64,000 nucleotides of DNA from Octopus sinensis (taxonomy: Eukaryota), in contig NC_043025.1 of the NCBI RefSeq assembly GCF_006345805.1, positions 12,028,001-12,092,000 on the forward strand, read 5' to 3'. The notes under the pieces were generated by a model. The model was not told the DNA's origin and searched no databases. It saw only the letters and a program-made list of their open reading frames with translations. A program made the translations under genes and the position numbers. Below, piece by piece: positions 58,446 to 64,000 of the stretch (position 1 is the first letter of the stretch; the number at the start of each line of letters is the position of its first letter).

Positions 58446-58994
58446 GCAGCGTGGAAGGTGTTTGTAAGCCATTTAAGAAACACACAAAAGCCGTTCGATT
58501 CACTTCAACATTTAAATTTAATTTGCCAAAATATTTTCGTCGCTTTGAGACCGCGACCTGTTCACTGACAAAACTTCGTGCTGCATCTCAGATCAAGTCA
58601 CTCGCTAGAAAAAAACTGCCGTTCAAACCGAAAAGATCTAAATTTTTTAATAAATAAATTTGGGACAGTCTTTCCTAGCCTGCTATCAATGAATAAATAC
58701 TGTAGGGACCACATCCTTTATATATATACAAAGAAATCTTTGGTTTAAGTAAACATTAACCATATTTTTTTCTTGGTTTCTGCCAAAACTGTGGTCATGC
58801 TGGAGCATTACCTTACATACACACACACACGGTTTCAACACGATCTCTGATTCAAATAATTTGTCATGCAAGTACCCGAAAGTATTTGTGTGTAGCAGTA
58901 ATAGTACATACATACACACACACATATATTAATTTACTCTGCTATGTATTGAGTACCTTATTTACTGTGGTTAACCCCGACTCAACCCGGGACC

Positions 58995-59040
<46 letters not shown>

Positions 59041-59046
59041 TATATA

Positions 59047-59644
59047 ACTTAGAAAGGTTTTGGCCAGTATTGGCCCAGGCCATGTCTAACTTAATAGCAC
59101 CACCTGGCGAAGTCTTTCAATTCAGGATTTGGGCACCAAGGCCCATTCGAGCAGAGAGTTATTGTTTGCGGAGACATATCCGGGTGTGGGTGGTTTGTCC
59201 GGGACTGTTTGAAGGAATTTGTCCAAAGACTTCTTGAATTTTGTGTGGTCAGTTTCTTTTTTGACGTGTCCTGGTGTAATGTTGAAGAGAGCCGGGTCCA
59301 ATTGAGGTGAAATAGTTGTGCCGTATTGTCGTTATGTGATACGATTTAGATTTTTGTTGTGGACGGATGGCACTTGGTCCAAGCCTTGGATGCATTTTGA
59401 AGGTGATGCCAACATCATTCGGACAGTGCTGATGGAATATTTTCCACATCATACAGATAATGTAACGTTCACGGCGTCGTTGGAGTGAATACAGTTTCAG
59501 CTTCTCTAGTCTACCCCAGTAGTCAAGGTCTGACATGCCATCTATCTTTTTTGTGATTGACCTTTGGGGACCTTCAATTCTCATAATATTTTGGTTTGTG
59601 TAGGGAGACCACAGTGGACAGCAGTATTCAAGGTGGGGTCGGGC
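59047..59644 (-). mobile_element. CR1-clade LINE 3' fragment
   Basis: RPHLEYCCPLWSP...LKLYSLQRRRERY...PDKPPTPGYVSANNNSL, then a short UTR ending in (TA)n. Confidence 0.9.
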
Positions 59645-59659
59645 AAAAAAAATTACCGT

Positions 59660-59731
59660 TAGCAGAGCGTAGTTTCGATCTACGGACCTCTGGGTTATGG
59701 GCCCAGCACGCTTCCACTGCGCCACTCTGCT
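59660..59731 (-). tRNA. Initiator tRNA-Met (CAT)
   Basis: AGCAGAG-TG-GCGC..GCGT-CTGGG-CCCATAA-CCCAG-AGGTC-CGTAG-ATCGAAA-CTACG-CTCTGCT-A. All stems pair. It has the A1-U72 pair, three G-C pairs in the anticodon stem and an A54 T-loop; a T8 run lies 7 nt downstream. Confidence 0.96.
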
Positions 59732-60572
59732 ACATATATATATATATATATTTGTATATATTTATATATATATATGTCAGTTTACAAACTCATCAAGTTT
59801 GCTTCCTATAAATAAGTATATTGCAGCGTGGAAGGTGTTTGTAAGCCATTTAAGAAACACACAAAAACAGTTCGATTTACTTCAACATTTAAGTTTAATT
59901 TGTCAAAATATTTTCGTTGCTTTAAGACCGCGACCTGCTCAGATGCAGCACGGATTTTTGTCAGTGAACAGGTCGCGGTCTCAAAGCGACGAAAATATTT
60001 TGACAAATTAAAATTTAAATGTTGAAGTGAATCGAACTGTTTTTGTGTGTTTCTTAAATGGCTTATAGACACCTTCCACGCTGCAATATACTTATTTATA
60101 GGAAGCAAACTTGGTGAGTTTGTAAACTGACATATATATATATGTGTGTATGTATGTACTATTACTGTTACACACAAATACTTTCGGGGTACTTGCATGA
60201 CAAATTATTTGAATCAGAGATCGTGTTGAAACTGTGTGTGTGTATGTAAGGTAATTGCTCCAGCATGACCCCAGTTTTGGCAGAAACCAAGAAAAAGGTA
60301 TGTTTATTTAAACCAAAGATTTTTTTGTATATATATAAAGGATGAGCGTCAGCATCTGGTCCCTACAGTATTTATTCATTGACAGCAGACTAGGAAAGAC
60401 CCCCCCCCCCCATTTTCTCCGCACTGGGGTCGATATAATCGACTTAATCCGTTTGTCTGTCCTTGTTTGTCCCCTCTGTGTTTAGCCCCTTGTGGGTAGT
60501 AAAGAAATAGGTTTGTGACAGTGTACTTATATTTAGTTTAAGTACCCCATATAATCCTTCGTAACTTTTTTT

Positions 60573-60986
60573 GGATCCCTTCGGTTTGAACGGCAGTTTT
60601 TTCTAGCGGTGTCATATGAAATTGTCACCCATAATTACGACCCTAGTATCGATCTATTGCATTTCAGTCTGTTTTAGGGTTAAGGTTAGTTAGGGGTGGG
60701 GGAAGGGTATCTTTTTTCTTCACAAATGTAAATAAATCCAATCTGTTTCTTAAACGAGGGACATATTCATTATGCACAGAATGTTATTCACCTAAATGGA
60801 CGTAATGGTTAAAATTGGCGAAATGCTTGAAATTAAAGACGAAATATCTTACAAACTGTAGAATTTTCTCAATAAAGCCAAGAGAAAAAGATGTTTCATA
60901 AACACATTCTACCAGTATACGAAGTTTAAAAGTGTTTAGTTAACTAGAAATTGTGTTGAAAAGTGCTGTTCAAAAGGAAAAGATCC
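60573..60986. mobile_element. Same MITE family, diverged copy
   Basis: TIRs present; TSD cttttttt/cgtttttt. Confidence 0.65.
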
Positions 60987-61263
60987 CGTTTTTTTTATAT
61001 ACCCTGTACCATATACATATTTACGTAGGTATGTATGTATATATTTATATTATATATGTGTGGTTTTTAGGAGAGTCTGGATGCAAAAGCATTCTGCTTT
61101 GAATAGAAGCGAAAGCAAAACTGGGTTGAAGAAAAAAAAACCCATTTTGAGACAAAAAGTTAAAGAATGTTGTGGCGATAATGCTAGAATATTCGGACAA
61201 CCTTCAATTTTTCTTCTTTTTTTTTTTAAACTTAAATATCTCTTAATTACACAATTTTTCAGT

Positions 61264-61429
61264 GGCGGTAAGCTGGCCCGGTCGTTTAGCGCGTCGGACG
61301 GAATTGCTTAGTTGTATTTCGTCCGCCGTGACGTCCTGGGGAGGTTCGCTTCCCCGGGACGTCTTTGCGGTCGGAGTACTTCTGAGTATTTTCGTTTGGT
61401 GCGCTAAACTGGCAGGCTCGCCGCCTTTT
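61264..61429 (+). ncRNA. Candidate unannotated structured RNA (closing stem plus three hairpins, ends in TTTT)
   Basis: Pairings read directly from the sequence; see findings. No family assignment. Confidence 0.5.
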
Positions 61430-61439
61430 CGATCCCCTT

Positions 61440-61600
61440 TTGCATTTGACCCAGTATTATTCCCCCCTCCCCTTCTTTGACCCAGTTTATCGACCCTATT
61501 ACTAGCTAAAATTGGGCCCGGTGCGCGCCCACGCGAGTCCGTGCTAGCAAGTGCGCGTATGCAAATGAGTTGGTATGGCACGTGCGCGATACATATCTGT
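61440..61600. promoter_or_regulatory. CpG-rich motif cluster: octamer ATGCAAAT (61559-66), E-box CACGTG (61579-84), duplicated TTTGACCCAGT
   Basis: Motifs read directly; lies next to the structured-RNA candidate. Confidence 0.4.
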
Positions 61601-61631
61601 TTGCGACCAAAATAAAATAATATTCTACAGG

Positions 61632-62883
61632 ATTAAATGGGTGTCCGTCGCTCTTATATGTAAGTAATATAATTTCTCTATATGCTAGACCTCTGGTTTT
61701 AAATTAATATCTTTCAACTCTTCTTATTTAAGACGGATGATGAAAGTTCTTTCTATTTCTTACAAAATATTTTCTTACTAACACCATAAAAAAATGTCTT
61801 TTATCGTTCACACCTTGTGCAGAATTTATTTCTCTTTCGAATTATGCAGACAATAACCATTTTTATACAGCTTGAAGAATTCTAATGCTAAATTAATATA
61901 AAGGTGTCAAATTTACCGGCAAAATTAGCTTAAGAACAGGTATGCAATTTTTTTGCCAAAATGGGTGGTTACATACTATATGATGTAACATTCATTCAAC
62001 ACGTGTGTTTTAAGGTGGATCTTCCGTCAATTTCGACGATGACTCGTTCGGTAATTCTCAGTAAATTCACCGTGACACATTTGAATTATTGTCCCAAAAC
62101 ATTCCACGACTCAGCACAAGTCTACCATATATGTATATATATATATTGGTAAAGAATACGCACACCCGGGGTTTAGGGCTAGGAATCTGTCCAGAGACGT
62201 GCAACCAATAAAATTAATGGGTGTCCGTCGCTCTTATATGTAAGTAATATAATTTTTCTATATGCTAGACCACTGGTTTTAAATTGCTATTTTTCACTCT
62301 TCTTATTTAAGACGGATGATAAAAGTTCTTTCTAATTTCTTACAAAATATTTTGTTACTAACACCATAAGAAATTGTTTTTTATCGTTCACACCTTAGGC
62401 AGAATTTATTTCTCTTTCGAATAATGCAGACAATAACCATTTTTATACAGCTTGAAGAATTCTAATGCTAAATTAATATAAAGGTGTCAAACTAACCGGC
62501 AAAATTAGTTCAAGAACTTGTAACGCAATTTTTTTGCCAAAATGGGTGGTCACGCACGTACACACACTATATTATGTACATCTATTATATAACATTCATT
62601 GTGTGGGACAAGATTCGGATGTCTACCTATCTGGCTGTCTATTCTATTTATCTATCAACACGTGTGTTTTAAGGTGGATTTCCGTCAATTTCGACGATGA
62701 CTTGTTCGGTAATTGTCAGTCAATTCACCGTGGCATAATTGTTGGTGAGGCTTGGTCTTTGAATTATTTGTTCCAAAACATTCCACGACTCAACACAAGT
62801 CTACCATATATATATATATATTGGTAAAGAATACGTACACCCGGGGTTTAGGGCTAGGAATCTGTCCACAGACGTGCAACCAA
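61632..62883. repeat. ~580-bp tandem duplication
   Basis: gtgtccgtcgctc at 61641 and 62221. Confidence 0.8.
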
Positions 62884-62889
62884 ACGCAT

Positions 62890-63273
62890 ACCCTCCATCA
62901 GACACCTACCATACTCTGAGCGCCTTGTTTCCCTGGGCATGGATTCACTGAAGCTCTGGCGACGGACTTGCTAAACACCCACAAAGTTATCAACCACCTC
63001 ACCAACAACACCTTTTTGTTCTCCATGTGTCCAACACGCGTGGACATGACTACAAAGTCAGAAAACAACACAGCTCCCATGACTTTCGGAAACATTTTTT
63101 CACGCTCAGAGTTGCTGAAGCATGGAATAAACTGCCTGCGTCAGTTGTTGACTGCCATAACACTGCATCCTTTAAGGCCCTCATGCTTTCCGAAATCCGC
63201 CGAAACTACACCTGATTATACATACACTTTAGATGAGTTGTAGTGCACCTGAGCACTGTACACAATTATTATT
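62890..63273 (+). mobile_element. CR1-clade LINE 3' fragment
   Basis: LPYSERLVSLG...NTRGHDYKVRK...RKHFFTLRVAEAWNKLP; (ATT)n tail. Confidence 0.85.
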
Positions 63274-63835
63274 GGGTTAGGGTTACGCCGAAGACGGGGG
63301 GTGTCTGTATTCTTTACCTGCTTCTGTTCAGCTTTCTCCCAGAGATTCCTACTAACCCATCAGTAATAAGCTTTCGGCTTGGACCAAAATAGTTTATTTC
63401 ATGATTTCGCTGTTCCATCATGTAAAAAAGAATCACCCTTTTTTTTTTTCTATCTGTAAATCACATATACGATGTTGATGTTGGGCGCACATTAGCCCCT
63501 AAAAAATATTTCCCATGCTATGCGTGAAGTATATTTCTTGCGTTCGTTTAAATTTTAGATTGCTATGAATTATTATTGTTCTGATGAGACGAATAAGGTT
63601 AGGATTTACGAAAGTAAAACCGGTGTATTATATACCACAAGAAGGCTTACAACCATCAGACATTTCAAAATATTGTTTCGTAGATGATAATGTGCCTGCT
63701 ATGATAGGAATTGTTTCTGTTTTTAGATTTCACTATTATTATTATTCTGTCTGATAGCAAGTTTTCTGAAAGGTGGGTGAAGTGTGCAAGAATGGCCTGT
63801 ATAAATGGACCAATTCTGAGGTTTTCACCTGTAAT

Positions 63836-64000
63836 GAAGAAAGGGGCTCTCTACCCCCCTTTTGACCAGGCTCCTGTGGCTTTTATGGGTTAGATATTAT
63901 GTAGTATAAAAAAAGAAAGGGGCTCTCTACCCCCCCCCCCTTTTGACCAGGCTCCCGTGACTTTTATGGGTTAGATATTATGTAGTATAAAAAAAGAAAG
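63836..64000. repeat. ~76-81 bp tandem repeat running off the window
   Basis: ggggctctctacccc units begin at 63843 and 63919. Confidence 0.75.

Larger units (their letters stand above)
58668..60400. repeat. Nested fold-back inverted duplication
   Basis: Outer arms 58668-58929 / 60134-60400; inner arms 59775-59937 / 59969-60132. Confidence 0.85.

Noticed and set aside
61264-61429. Assignment to Y RNA, vault RNA, RNase P/MRP, 7SK or an 8-bp-TSD MITE
   Set aside because: Diagnostic motifs (Ro60 helix, CR-I/CR-V, GAUC) are absent. The flanks ttttcagt/ttttcgat match only 6/8 and the terminal repeat is short, so it is left unassigned.

Overview
AT-rich, microsatellite- and SINE-saturated animal DNA. 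The SINE families and repeat landscape point to a coleoid cephalopod, probably Octopus; this is an inference, not a database match. One complete protein-coding gene can be assembled by hand on the + strand: an SFSWAP / suppressor-of-white-apricot splicing regulator. It has 17 coding exons from 7810 to 50021, all introns are GT-AG with consistent phases, and the CDS is 3000 nt (999 aa) with a DRY_EERY N-terminus, two SURP domains, an RS-rich region and the conserved C-terminal KVRAML motif. Almost all ORFs in the supplied track are microsatellite or SINE artefacts. The window also holds an intact initiator tRNA-Met fused to a CR1-type LINE 3' end, LINE relics (RTE, CR1, R4/Dong), Helitron-like, piggyBac-like and Merlin-like non-autonomous DNA elements, four SINE families, Penelope-type hammerhead ribozyme motifs, and probable 5' exons of a divergent minus-strand transcript. 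The top leads are three. (1) An unannotated ~165-nt highly structured RNA candidate at 61264-61429. (2) An inverted copy of the SFSWAP exon-7 acceptor in intron 2, together with several candidate autoregulatory splicing features around introns 1-2. (3) A pre-tRNA/LINE chimeric insertion whose empty site is preserved in the other arm of a fold-back. Exon, tRNA and TSD coordinates were counted base by base; repeat boundaries are approximate.
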